NCBI RefSeq assembly: GCF_006345805.1
Contig: NC_042998.1
Coordinates: 140,802,001-140,866,000 of the forward strand
Reading direction: 5' to 3'
DNA: 64,000 nucleotides
DNA from: Octopus sinensis
Lineage: Eukaryota
In this document: one piece after another, positions 25,300 to 39,039 of the stretch
Layout: the number at the start of each line of letters is the position of its first letter
How positions within the stretch are numbered: the first letter of the stretch is position 1
Program-made: the position numbers and the translations under genes
Notes under the pieces: generated by a model
The model's database searches: none
What the model was told of the DNA's origin: nothing
The model's input: the letters and a program-made list of their open reading frames with translations, nothing else

Positions 25300-25595
25300 A
25301 GGGTAAAGACCTCCTCCAAGGTACAAATCTGGGTAGTGTTATTTATGGAAGACCAGCAGTCGCCCATGTGTACCAGCCTCTCCCTCTACCCCACTGATGT
25401 TATCCATGGAAAAGACAAAGACCGATACAGCTTGGCATCAGTGATGTAGCAACTGATTTCTACAGCTGAGTGAACTGGAGCAACATGAAATAAAGTGTCT
25501 TGCTCAAGAACACAACACACAGCCTGGTTTGGGAATCAAATTCACTACCTCATGGTTGTGAGCCTGATGCTCGAACCACCGAGCCCTGTACCTTC
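25300..25595 (-). mobile_element. SINE family D (tRNA-like head); other copies at ~48130-48352, 52130-52420, 63180-63420
   Basis: CAGCTGAGTGAACTGGAGCAAC..AAATAAAGTGTCTTGCTCAAGAACACAAC...GGGAATCAAA...AACCACCGAGCC is the reverse of an A/B-box head plus core. Confidence 0.75.
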
Positions 25596-25859
25596 AAACA
25601 ATCAAAAAGCATAACAAAGCTGTAAGAGCTGCTCCAACAGGGATAGGCATCTGTTCAAGGCCATAAAGCTTCCATAAGGACATTTGCTGCTGTTTGTGAT
25701 GAGCATTCCTTCAATTTGGTCAGGTATTCAGGTCATGAAGTGCAATAAGATATGGCAAAGACTTTATCACTTAACTGTACCATAATAACAAGGCATATAT
25801 TTGAAGAATTCCACATCAGCAGAAAGCCAAGGAACTATATATGAAAAAGCCAGCATAAA

Positions 25860-28400
25860 CCAATCGAGTCGCTAGTAACATATTACGCATCTGACAGAAA
25901 GCAAGCAAGCCGGTAGCTGTATATTGCAGCTGGCAGAAAGCAAGCACGCCGGTAGGAATATATTACACTCCTGACGGCCATATAATTATATGGCCAGCAG
26001 ACAGCAAACAAGCTGGTAGGAATATATTATATAGCTGACAGAAAGTGATCTAGCTGATATAACCTTATATCATACAGACAACAGATAGTAAGTAAACCAA
26101 TATACACATATTATATAGCCGATAGATCCCAGTCATAAAATACTGACAACCAACAATCAAGTCCAAAATTGTATATTATACAGCTGCAAAAAAAGAAAGC
26201 AAACTGGTAGTTGCATATTATACAACCAGTAGAAGACAGCAACTGAGCTAGTAGCTGGTTAAATCACAGCTAATTTACAGCCTGTATATGCTACATTACA
26301 CGGTCGACAGACAGCAATTGTAGCAGTAGTTACTTCACAGCTGGTAGACAGCGACCGACCGAGTTGGCAGTTGCCACACAGCCGACAGACAGTGACTGAA
26401 CTAGCCGGCAGTTATTGCACGGCTGACAGACAGCGACTGAATGAGCCGGAAATTGCTGCACGGCCGACAGACAGCGACTGAACGAGCCCGTAGTTATTGC
26501 ACGGCCGACAGACAGCGACTGAACGAGCCCGTAGTTATTGCACGGCCGACAGACAGCGACTGAACGAGCCGGCAGTTATTGCACGGCCGACAGACAGCGA
26601 CTGATTGAGCAAGCAGTTGCTGCACGGCCGACAGACAGCGACTGACCGAGCAAGCAATTGCTGCACGGCTGACAGACAGCGACTGACCGAGCTGGCAGTT
26701 GCCGCACGGCCGACAAACAGCGACCAACCGAGCCGGCAGTTATTATACGGCCGACAGACAGCGACTGACCAAGCCAACAGTTGCTGCATGGCCAACAGAC
26801 GATGGAGCAGGCAGTTATTGCACAGCCAACAGACAGCGACTGACCGAGCAAGCAGTTGCTGCATGGCCAACAGACAGCAACCAACCGAGCCTGTAGTTGC
26901 TGCACGGCTGACAGACAGCGACCGAGCGAGTCGGCAGTCATTGCACGGCCGACAGACAGTGACCGACCGAGCCGGCAGTTGCCGCACGGCCGACAGACAG
27001 CGACCGACTGAGCCGGCAGTTGCCGCACGGCTGACAGACAGCGACCAACTGAGCCGGCAGTTGCTGCACGGCCGACAGACAGCGACCGAGCCGGCAGTTG
27101 CTGCATGGCCAACAGACGACGGAGCAGGCAGTTATTGCACAGCCAACAGACTGAGCCGGCAGTTGCCGCACGGCCGACAGACAGCGACCAACCGAGCCGG
27201 CAGTTGCCGCACGGCCGACAGACAGCGACCGAGCCAGCAGTTGCCGCACGGCCGACAGACAGCGACCGAGCCGGCAGTTGCTGCACGGCCGACAGACAGC
27301 GACCGAGCCGGCAGTTGCTGCACAGCTGACAGACAGCGACCGAGCCGGCAGTTGCTGCATGGCCAACAGACAGCAACCAACCGAGCCTGTAGTTGCTGCA
27401 TGGCCGACAGACAGGGACCGACCGAGTCGGCAGTTGCTGCACAGTCGACAGACAGCGACTGAGTTTGCAGTCAGCAATAGCCAACAGCTATTACACAGCT
27501 AGGAATTGTTTATCACAGGGTGGTAGCTATGTACTATGCAGTCAGCATCAAGCAAGTTGGGATGTATATATTGCACAGCCAGTAAAAAAGCCGTAAGTTA
27601 TATGTAATGCAGCTAACAATTGAACCAGTATTACACAGCTGGCAAGCAGCAATCGAGCCGGTAGCTGTATATTACAGCCGGCAAAAGCAGCAATCGAGCT
27701 GGTAGCTGTATATTACAGCCGGCAAAAGCAGCAATCGAGCCGGTAGCTGTATATTACAGCCGGCAAAAGCAGCAATCGAGCCGGTAGCTGTATATTACAG
27801 CTGGTAAAAGCAGCAATCAAGCCGGTAGCTGTATATTACTGCCGGCAAGAGCAGCAATCGAGCCGGTAGCTGTATATTACTGCTGGGAAAAGCAGCAATC
27901 GAGCCGGTAGCTGTATATTACAGCTGGTAAAAGCAGCAATCAAGCCGGTAGCTGTATATTACTGCCGGCAAGAGCAGCAATCAAGCCAGTAGCTGTATAT
28001 TACTGCTGGGAAAAGCAGCAATCGAGCCAGTAGCTGTATATTTCAGCCAGCAAAAGCAGCAATCGAGCCGGTAGCTGTATATTACAGCTGGTAAAAGCAG
28101 CAATCAAGCCGGTAGCTGTATATTATTGCTGGCAAACAGCAATCAAGCTGGTAGCTGTATATGACTGCTGGTAAACAGTAATCAAGCCAGTGGCTGTATA
28201 CTATGGCCGGCAAACAGCAATTGAGCTGGTGGCTGTATATTACTGCCAGCAAACAGCAGTTTAGCTGGGGGCTATATGTTACAGACAGCACGCAACAATC
28301 AAGCTGGTAGCTGTATGTTACAGGCAGAAAGCAGCAATCAAGGTAGTAGTTGTATATTACGCAGCCAGTAGCTATATATCGCATAACCTGTAGAAAACAA
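25860..28400. repeat. Compound 41-bp minisatellite: GC/CpG-rich variant A (~26340-27470) inside variant B (homogeneous ~27640-28140, degenerate on both outer edges)
   Basis: A unit GAGCCGGCAGTTGCTGCACGGCCGACAGACAGCGACTGACC (41 bp, also a 37-bp form); B unit GAGCCGGTAGCTGTATATTACAGCCGGCAAAAGCAGCAATC (41 bp). Confidence 0.95.
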
Positions 28401-28531
28401 GCCAACAGTAGTCTACTTCCTGGCTGGTGGTGAATAATTTAGGGGATGCTACAACATGTTGCATAAATGTTAACCACAACCTAACAGAACACAAATAGTG
28501 GAGAAAGTAAGCTTTTAGAAGATCGACTCAC

Positions 28532-28613
28532 CTGCTCGTCTTTTAAACAGGTGTTGGCGAGTGAAGAACCATATTCTGCAACCTCATCAATGTTACAAAC
28601 AAAACCTTTATTT
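28532..28613 (-). CDS. Candidate 82-nt internal exon of an unidentified gene (may be non-coding)
   Basis: tagtttgctttag|AAATAAAGG...GACGAGCAG|gtgagt with a consensus donor; single open frame NKGFVCNIDEVAEYGSSLANTCLKDEQ (phase 2 to 0); local CpGs retained. No recognised homology. Confidence 0.33.
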
Positions 28614-28919
28614 CTAAAGCAAACTAATTAATAAATTGATCTATTTCAATTACTCGTTAATTTGCTAGAAATAAAGTTGATGAAGCAAAACCAAAGAGTA
28701 TACACGGATCTGTTTTACATTACACTGCACACGTTTTACCTATGAACACACACATATTGGCCCAAGAGAATTTGCTTTTCATCACAAGTCACAAATTTCA
28801 TGGAACACTGCATTTTCAATGATATATATATTAATATAAATCATTTATAATCATGTATATGCATGTATGTACATATTATAACTCGGTTCAATATTCAACA
28901 ACTTATGCTTATAGCTACA

Positions 28920-29285
28920 TAGGTGTAGGCATGGCTGTGAGGTTAAGAGACTAGCTTTGCAACTATGTCACTTTGGGTTCAGGTTCACTATGTGGCACCT
29001 CCAGCAAGTGTCTTCTATTGTAGCTCCTAGGTCAACCATTGCCCCGCAAGTGAATTTCATATATGAAAGTGGTGTGAAAGCCCGTTATGTGTGTGCATGT
29101 GTGTTTGTCCCCCTTCAACAACCACTACTTGTTTGTTTATGTCTTTATAACTTAGTGGTTCAGTAAAAGTAACCAATAGAATACACACCAGATTTGGAGA
29201 GAGAGAGAGAGAAAAAAAATCACCGGGGGTCAATTTGATCAATTAAACGCTTCAAAGTCCAACGACTGAAACAAGTAAATAAAGA
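28920..29285 (+). mobile_element. SINE family A with tail type 2
   Basis: Head, core, (TG) hinge and GGGGTCAATTTG...GACTGAAACAAG tail as in the 10046 copy. Confidence 0.7.
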
Positions 29286-31895
29286 TGAAAGGTAGGCTGC
29301 AGACATGGGTGTGTGGTGAAGAAGTTTGCTTTGGAACTATGTGATTTTGGGGTCACTCCTATTGCTGCACAGTACCCTGAGTAAGGGCTGTGCTCTGTTG
29401 TAAACTCTGACCACTTATCTTATGAGTGAATTTGTCAGACAGAAAGTTTACGACACCCATACACTTGTGTGTGTGAATGTTTATATTCTGCACGGAACTG
29501 GGTTACAAACAGCGTTTGTTGATAATTCCTTGTTAAGCAGTCATCCAATAAACATGCACTTTCGAAAACGAGTGAAATGAAAACTTCGACTTGAAAAACA
29601 AGGGTGAACAACAGGAAGGGTAGCCTGCTCTAAAACATTGCCTCAGTAATACATTTTCACTTAACCCTCCATGGTTAAATGGAAATAGACATCTAACGAG
29701 CAGATAAGCGAACAAACAGTTACCATTAAACATGCACTAATTATAATAACTAATTAAAAATCACTAATAAGACCATAAAAGAAAATATAGTCACTAAATA
29801 TTGAGCCAAATTCTTATCTGCTCACAGTTTTAACAGCTTTCAGTAAAGTCAATCGATTTAGTAAGCGGGGCCTCACATCAATGAGGGGAATTGGTGCACT
29901 GTAAAACCATTGAGACAAAGGCCCTGAAAATGGTGTGTATTCTCTATGTCCCCTAAAATCTACTGCTGTTCAGAGCTTTTGATTAGCAGCACTTGTGCAA
30001 GCAAGCTGTTTACAAATCTCCGGCATAATCAAGTTTTCATTCATAGTTGTCTTTATAGGTTAAAACATAGAAGGAACAAAAATTCAAAAACTGTAGAAGA
30101 GACATTGACAGAAAAAAATAAACAAACATACTTTATGATCCAATGGTTTGGGTCCGTAACGTAACAACTGAAACATAAATTTCATTTTGATGCGACAAGC
30201 GTGTGTATGCAGACATCTGTGTACATTCAAAACCCTTTAAATTGATTCGCATCACCAAGATTTTCCATAGTCTGATGAAGCAGAGACCTATCTATGATCA
30301 AAGGTGCTCCGGTTAAGATCATCTTAACATTTTTGTAAGTCAGGGACTAGACTGGTCAACATATTCTTTCTTCAAAACAGCAGGGTTGAATGGCAATGGT
30401 CATGTAGTGGCTCCTCTGTTAGTTCATACATGATGTTTATTACAGATCCAAACATGGTAGAAAAAGACAACATTACAAAGACAGGTGCCTAAAGCCATGC
30501 GACAAAGATGTCTTGCTGTGTGATGTCTTTGACATTAAACGAAATAAAGTAGAAAGGGTGACTTGGTACAGCTTGAGAGAGGAATTTAGAGTGCAAACTA
30601 GCAGGGAAGTTTACAAGTTGAAATGCAACAGAATGTATGAGCATGGTAAAAAGCACTAAGTCACTGGATGTGAAGAAACAGCCTTAAAATAAGATTATGA
30701 AAGAAACTGCAATTATTTAAACAAGATGAACATGAATGATAAAGGATTTCGAAACCACAAAGAATATGAAACAAAGTACATTTGTTTTACAGGCTGAATT
30801 ATTTAGCCTTAATTTCCGTTACGCTGTTTCAATTCTTATAGCTGCAATAGCTATTTCCCTCTCTCTTTCTCACATACATATGTACTCTCTCACACACAGG
30901 CATATTTAAAGGCACACACGCACACAGAGGTTGTGTTTGATGTGATCACTCAAATCGGCTAGAGAATACGTTTACAGATCCGTAAATCTATCACGATCAA
31001 TACAATGCATATTAACAAAAACACGATTGGTGCATGAAAATACTTGACAGTGCAGTGTTTGACAATATCTGTAACTTACACAAACTACATTGGTCAGTTA
31101 AAGACCTACAGATTGGAGATCAAACCAACTGAAACATATAATAAACAATTACAGCTAACTTTAAAAAAATTGGTTGTGAGGACTGCAGGTTGTCATGGCA
31201 GTAGCGATGCACCACTTTGCATCAGTTTATTACGGAGTAAATTTATTGATCAAATGGTGTGAAACTTTGAATGCGTAACATCCACAACTATCAAACTGAA
31301 CTGCAGGAAAACTTCTGGCTATTTTAGTATCAAAGTGGTGAGTGGGGGAATGCAGAAACATCAGAATTTAGGATATAGGGAAATATATACAAATATATAT
31401 ATATATTAGATACACACACATGTACATACATATATATATATATACATAGCTATGCCTAATTTGGTGAAAGAGCAAAGGCTTTTGTGAAATCCAGATGATA
31501 CAGATCATATTTTATGATTTAACTTTCTAATTTCTTACTGAAGAATTCAAATTTTATATATACATACATATATGTCTTGTGATTAATGTACCAACCAATC
31601 AATCAGTCAATGACCTCAGATTTATAGTTTGTATGGATCACCTGGTGTATGTAGCCTATATGGTATACTATCCTCTTCACTGGACATTCCATTACCCAGG
31701 TGTTATTGCAGATGTTGGAGCACTGACTCAAGTATTTGCCTGGATTTCTTCAATCTCATTTTCCTTCATTATAAATATATTGATGGGTAGCCTTCAGCCT
31801 TTTCCCTCCATAGAGGTTTTTAACCCCAAATTTTAAAGTTTTATCTGCTCCAAGTTACACTTTAAAAATTAAAAGTATGCATACCCCCCCCCACA

Positions 31896-31947
<52 letters not shown>

Positions 31948-34560
31948 ACACACATACGATTTATTAGACATACAATGGAAAATGTTTAAACAGTACAATG
32001 ATTGGTGTAGGTGTAAAAAATTGAAAGAGTTGATTACAACCTGTCCTGGAATAAAGTAATTCACAAGATGTAAATGATAGATAGGTACTAGATACAGGCA
32101 GCGATGAAAAGAAGAGTACTGCTGATGAATTTGACATTTAGATCAAGGATGAAGCTTGTAACAATTTCTCTTGCCAAAAGCTGCCATATCAACAGAAGGA
32201 AGAATCTCAATAACAATGCAGGTACAAAACCAACAACAAAGAAGTGAATAATAAAGGGTATACATACAAGATGGGAAAAGGAAACGAATGTGAATTGTTT
32301 GCAAAGAGGCCAAATGACATCAATACAACTTCAAGAAGAGTAATTCTTTCTGCTATATGTAATAGGTAGTAATAACGATCATTTTGCTCGAAACTAACGG
32401 CTTTGAGGTAAAATAGTTATTTATCATGAAGGAAGCGTTAGTACAACAGTGGGCGCGAGTAACCAGTTAGTTTAAGACTATTTGGGGAGGGATTTTGCAA
32501 TGTTTAATGGATTAAAAAAAAGTCAAGATGCAGAAAAAATTTCAATGTTTGAAAACAATAGTATAATAATAAAAGCAGTAATTTATTAATGAGCTAGTGA
32601 TTGTATTTCAATCAGGTAAGTTTAAAATGTGGTATCGGTGTTGCTACGAATGATACTTGGAATATCCTGTGTGAATGCGAATGGATGCGTGTATAGTATT
32701 AATAATAATGACTTATTTGCCTAGCGGGCATCAGATGAGGAGGACATTACAAAGACAGTTCGCAATTTGTACGGGGATTTACATAAATAAGGGGAGGGGT
32801 AAAGGAAAAAAGACGGTGAAAAGAGATAAAAGTATACATAATAAAGAACAGAGAAAAAGCATATTTCACTCGAATACGGAATAAATAATGCAACAATGGG
32901 AGAAAACATTCGTTTTTGATTTGGCCGACTTTCGATCGGTTGTTTATCAACCAACAGGAATATTGAGGGTGGGGATTTGCAGAAAATCGAGGCAGGAAAG
33001 CATCGGTGAAGGAACTTGACTTAACACCGATATAGGACAGATGCGTAAGCATGTATGTATGAGTGCTTGAGTGAGCGTGTTTGACCACCGTAGTAAACGT
33101 GTTGGGACAGTTAAGGCCTTCTGAGTCGAGAAGAAGCGCCGAAACGTATACTGAAGGAGGAGGAAAGAGAGAGACATAGAGAGAGAGGTGGGGGGGGGGG
33201 TAAAATACCTGAAGCGTGGTAATATAAAATGAGAAAGATGGAGGTCGAGGTTAGAAATAAACAACGATGGAGGGAGAAAGATGGGAGAGAACGAGGAAAA
33301 GGGAAGAAGCTAAGTATTGACAAAGAATTGGAGAAAAGCGGTCATAAAAAAAAAAAAAGCTGGCCCCTGCAGTCTAGGGCAAAAATGGGTCTCGTTGCTT
33401 CCATGATGGGAGAAATAATGGCTTACAGTGAGTCAAGTATTTTTTGTGTGTTTAATGTGGTAGTTGGGGGGGGGGAGAAGGAATGATTCTTATCAGTCGG
33501 AAGGGGGGGGGAGGAGGAATTAATTCAAACAACAACCGGTCATTTATTATCTTAAGTCTGCCGTCCAGGGATAAAATCTCTCTCCACGAACAGAACTGAA
33601 ACAACACAGAAGATATTAATGAGAGATGGTGGCAGATAAGCAAAGAATCTTAAAAAGAAACAATTTAAATATCAAAGCAACAAAAGAAGCCCAAATAGAT
33701 AAAGATACCTCATATAATAATATATATATATAAACACGCACACATGTATGTATATATAATATAAACACACACACACAACCATTAAGAAAATATGTAACTA
33801 TAGTTTATAAATATATATATATATATATATCTTTAAGAAAATTAAATACGTATACGACGCTCTAATATGGATAATATATATATATAATATATATATATAA
33901 CATATTATATATATATATACACACACACACGCACCTTACGTCTACTAAAAGGTTAAACACTGATGCATACAAATATAGAAGTTTGTGTCATAATCATTAA
34001 AAATAGGTATTTATTAATGGAGACAGAAAAGTTAATGGTTTAGAGAGATACGTGAGCTTGTTATAATTTAGATCCTAACGTCTCCGGATTGGATTTACTC
34101 CGCCCAAATGACTTAATTAAGTCGAAATAGCCTCACTAAGGAATAAATAAAAGTTAAAAAAAAAAAGAAAGAAAAGAAAACATTACTAAATAACCACAAA
34201 AGCAGTAATCGAAAATTACTGGAGATGATTAAGACAGCAAACAAGTAATCATAAGAATAATAAAAATATCTTAGAAACATTTAATGAATTAGAACCATTT
34301 CAATGAAAGCATATATCTTCCATCTTCGTTTTTCTGAAATAAATAATCATCTCTTAAAACGGGAGTAAATGAGGTGGGGGAGGGCAGAAATATTTAGGGG
34401 TTGAAAAATAAAACCACAACAGCCGCAAGAGAGAAAAACAGAAGGAAAAGAAGAAGAAAAAAAAAAACAAGCAACTGCACTGAGTTTAAGTAGCCAATTT
34501 GATGGGTAGTGAGCAATGTTTGCTTGCTTGCTTGTTTAGTTAGCTACCTAGCTCCTTATA

Positions 34561-34604
<44 letters not shown>

Positions 34605-34653
34605 TGAAGTATATTTTGCCTCCTAAATGTGACGGTCCCAGAGATTTAATATT

Positions 34654-34709
<56 letters not shown>

Positions 34710-36156
34710 GCTTGACGTGATTCTAAGCTTTCTTGCTTATTTTTCCCTAGCTCTGGAAGAGTAAAAGAGAAAAAGGACAGAGGGAGAGAAGGGACTGCAT
34801 CATTCGGCCACCATCACACCAGTGACTGGGACGTCACGATGTCTCGACAACTGTTAGGAAAGAGAGAAAAAAATAAAAAGGTGATTTCTTTTATCTAGTA
34901 ATTTTAGTCACGTAACCACAGCTCTGCAAGCACTGGGCTGTTTCTTCTGGAATCATTATTTTTCGATGATTACAAACAAGGACTAAAATACAGATAAAAA
35001 ATTTTTTTTTTTTAATGTATGAATTCTTCTCCCCACAAAAGAGATTTATTTATTTAGATGTAAGTCACCGTTTAAATTAATGTGGTGATTGTGTGTGTTG
35101 CTTAATAGGATGTGAGAAGGAGGGGACCGAACCGAAACGCATCGATAATTTGTAGCTCGTCCCAAGGGGTAAGTTATCGACTCCATTTATTTTAAATACA
35201 ATGACAGATGGCAAGGTAACACCGAAAACAACAGCCCCATGAGTGGTGAGGGGAACGTCAATAAAAGTGTAATAACAACAACCTTGAATAAATTAGCTAG
35301 GGGGAGAGAGAGAAAAGGGGGTATCCAAATACAAACTAATAGGGAACAGCAAAAAAAAATTAAAATAAAAGGTATAAAGCATTTAAAAATCTTTAAAATA
35401 ATGACCCTATTATTATTATAACTATATCTAAATTTTTTTGCCAAATCTTTCACCCTCTCCATTCATTAAAAATAACCAAATTAACAAACAAACAAGTAAC
35501 TGTCACAAACTGAGGGCTCACTCTGTATAATGAGGAACGTTTGGAATTGGCCCCGCATTTTGTGACCGAAGTGTTTTCAACGACTGTTTCGTACACGCTC
35601 GGAGAAGGCTAGCTTATATATGTGTGTGTGTGTGTGTGTAGCTAACATTATTTGCCATCGGTCAGTAGTTGCCTAGAAGAAGAAGAAAAAGGATAAGTTC
35701 AGTTAAGGACATGCAAATAAATAAATCCAAAAGAAAATAAGGACACTAATGACCAAGCCATACATTAATTGTTAATAATAATTAACACAACTCTACGTTT
35801 AACAAATAAGGAAAAATCAACTGTACCATCATATAGTATAGACAAGAGTGAATACACATTAGAAACAGTTTGCCGATAGTCTACCATATATATATACAAC
35901 ATGTGCATTGGACTTCAGAAATGCATTCATTAAGCAAAGAGCGATGGGGAAGGGAAAAACCAGAGGGTGACGGTGTTAAGGGACCACATAGGAAAATAAG
36001 AAGGAACAGCGGGAGAGGTGCGCTGTCGCACAAGCAAACACCGCAGGGAAAGCTAAATAATTTTCTTCTAGTCGAGATTTAAGAAACTGGAACTGCATTT
36101 CCAAGCATTTTATGGGAACTGATAAAATAAACAATTTGGTATCTGCAACGTTTGAG

Positions 36157-36191
<35 letters not shown>

Positions 36192-36210
36192 ATATAATAT
36201 ATATATATAT

Positions 36211-36319
36211 ACGTTTGTAATTATATATATATATACGTTTGTAATTATATATATATACGTTTGTAATATATATATATACGTTTGTAATTATATATATATA
36301 TACGTTTGTAATATATATA

Positions 36320-36352
<33 letters not shown>

Positions 36353-36364
36353 ATTACAAACGTA
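36211..36364. repeat. TA-embedded minisatellite with an inverted terminal copy
   Basis: ACGTTTGTAAT at 36211, 36235, 36257, 36278 and 36302, spaced by (TA)n; reverse complement AATTACAAACGTAT at 36352-36365. Confidence 0.9.
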
Positions 36365-36582
36365 TGTGTGTATGTGAGAGGGGGGAGAGACGAGAGTCCG
36401 CATTGTCAAACGGTTCGGAATGATCCTATAAGGTCAAAAAGAAGAAGAAAAAAAGAAATCAGTGCAAGATGAAAGAAATAGCAAAAATAACACTGTTAGA
36501 AGTAAATTGGAAATTCCTGACGCTTTTTGGTTCAGGGATCAAATCATACATACATGCTGCATGAGTGGAAACAGATGAATCA

Positions 36583-36621
<39 letters not shown>

Positions 36622-37605
36622 CACACAATGTTTAGTTAAGGCGAAGGTGCACTTATGTATGGTCCATGTGTATTTACGATAGAATAAAGGTGTTGGAAAG
36701 AGAGTGGGGAGATAGATGAAGAGAGAGAGAATGAGCGGTATCAGAGACTAGGGATTCCATTAATGCCAAGACAATCAGTGCCCTGTTAGTAGGTTTATCT
36801 TATAGAGTTCAATAATAATAAAGACAGAGTAGGCAGAAACAAATATGAAAAATCTTAATAATAGATCTTCCAGTCATTTGGAGTATGGAGTGGGTAAAAA
36901 AAAAAAAATAAACTCAATCAGAACTTTTAACGAACTCCTAACGAGAAGAACCTTGAGTTTTAATGCTACAATATTATCTTTAGATTCTGCTCTAATATTA
37001 TAATAATATTTAATAACTATTAATTGATGACAAATTATTTAGTGACAAAAGGGACTAACACAGGTAGTTGTATGTGTATATCATATATAAACACGTATAG
37101 GAAGAGAGAGAGGAAAACGAATGCTTTTCGGTTATATGGAAACATAACGTCGCTTAAGATTTCGACCCGGGCTTTCCCTGGTGATTTGTTTCCTCCCTTC
37201 CAAAACCTAACTCCCACCAAGAATTGGCATTAAATAACTACACACTACATATACAAACACCATCGACCAACTTCACAGTTGTTAGTCACTTGCTTTTTTT
37301 AAAGTTAGTCCTACTAGCTGCTTAAATATAAAAACAGACACGTACGCATGTATGTATGTATGTATATATATGTATAAGTGAGTGCGTGCGCTAAAGAAGT
37401 CGGTATTGAACTATCAATTCAGACACGAAAAAAAAAAATGCTTCACCTATCTAAAAATGTGAAAACGAATAATTTAGAATGGGGAAATCTGTTGCCGATA
37501 CAATGTTCGGGGGGTTAAATGAAACCAAGCATCAACATGACTTACCATTCCTATACAGAAATAAATGATTTTACATTTCATATACATACATATATGCACA
37601 CACAC

Positions 37606-37660
<55 letters not shown>

Positions 37661-37960
37661 TTTTCATACAGGAAGACTGAAAGGGAAATCGGTGCATAAC
37701 CTATCATATATGCGTGTGTGTATACATATATATGCATACGTTTGAGGTTTCACATACACACATGTGTAACTGCAGTATGATTTATAAACATGTGTGCAAC
37801 GACGCTTTTGTACACACGTTCTTGCACATACCTTCATATACTACACGTGTATGCTATGCATATGTGTATGCCGTGTACACATGCACACATACACGGGATT
37901 TTTGAATGGGAGAATGAATGTGTATGCAGATGTTCCTTTGTAAAGGCGCAAGCAGAAAAA

Positions 37961-38028
37961 GTACAGACTCACACATAAATAGGATCTTGTATGTATGTAC
38001 AGACTCACGCATAGACAGGATCTTGTAT
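37961..38028. repeat. 36-bp tandem duplication
   Basis: GTACAGACTCAC[A/G]CATA[A/G]A[T/C]AGGATCTTGTAT occurs twice, at 37961 and 37997. Confidence 0.85.
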
Positions 38029-38048
38029 ATATATATATACATACATAT

Positions 38049-38079
<31 letters not shown>

Positions 38080-38546
38080 GCCACCGACCCACCGAAGATT
38101 GTATTTGTCCCTGTTCTGCTTCGATACCAAAATGTTTGTTCCCCATCGAATATTCTTTTCTTGTTCAATTTTTTTTTTTTATGTTTTGTTATACATACAG
38201 TTACTTTGAAAACAATTTAAATACAAGAAAATTTAGAAAACATCATTATATAAGAACGAGGTGTTTGAGACACGGAAAAGAGAGTGAAAGAAAGAGGAAA
38301 AGAAGGAGAAATAAGAGAAATAAAAGTAAAATAAAATAAACAAAACATATATAGCAAACAGAACACATATATATATCTCAATACAACTAATTAATAACAT
38401 ATAAATATATATTAAAGGGAAGAGAGATTCGCCATAGATCCTTATTTTTGTTTTTTCCTCTCTCTCATGTGTTGGTTTTTAAGGAATTTTTGTGGAGGGG
38501 GAGCTTTTTTTTTTTTTGTTTTCTCTCTCTCTCTCTAGCAACTTAC

Positions 38547-38800
38547 ATTTGAAACGGTGAATTTTGATAATCCAAGGCATTTTTGTTCGGCTATGTCACG
38601 GTAATAGCAACAACGACAACAGTAATAATAACAACAGCAACAGTAGCAGCAAGAATAAGGGAGACATTGATGCGATGATGTGCATGACATGGGGACTAAC
38701 CACACGAGGCCGCCATAACTTTATGCAAATTTCAGCGGAAGAAGGCGAAGGAGGAGGAGCGAAGAGTGGGCAGAGACGAAGGAAGAGTGAAGAATACTAA
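38547..38800 (-). other. Candidate first exon of a minus-strand transcript (5' boundary unknown)
   Basis: Donor AAT|GTAAGT at 38547/38546; CAAAAATG context at 38580 (MPWIIKIHRFK, phase 1); YY1-like TTATGGCGGCC (38708-38718) and octamer ATGCAAAT (38723-38730) nearby. Confidence 0.35.
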
Positions 38801-39039
38801 CGATATAAACACGAAAGGAAGGGGAGAGAGAGTAAAAGACTAATAGAGAGAGGGGAACCGCTTGCGTGAACATATGTATGTGTTCGTGTGTCTATGTATA
38901 TATATTATATATATATATGTACAGATATAGATATATATATAAGTGTGCGTGTATGTATATATGCATGTTTATCTATGTATAGTTGCGTATCTATGTATAC
39001 GTGTGTGTACCCATATATATACGTATCTATGTATGTGTG

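Noticed and set aside
26494-27596. Long overlapping ORFs (up to 302 aa, Cys/Arg/Ala-rich) as a novel repeat protein
   Set aside because: They are open in several frames on both strands because the GC-rich 41/37-bp units lack stops. The unit lengths are not multiples of 3, so frames shift continually.
25860-28400. CRISPR array
   Set aside because: Units are contiguous tandem copies with no unique spacers, no cas genes and a eukaryotic context.
32611-32621. Consensus plus-strand donor CAG|GTAAGT
   Set aside because: No convincing upstream acceptor or open frame was found, and an isolated donor is expected by chance.
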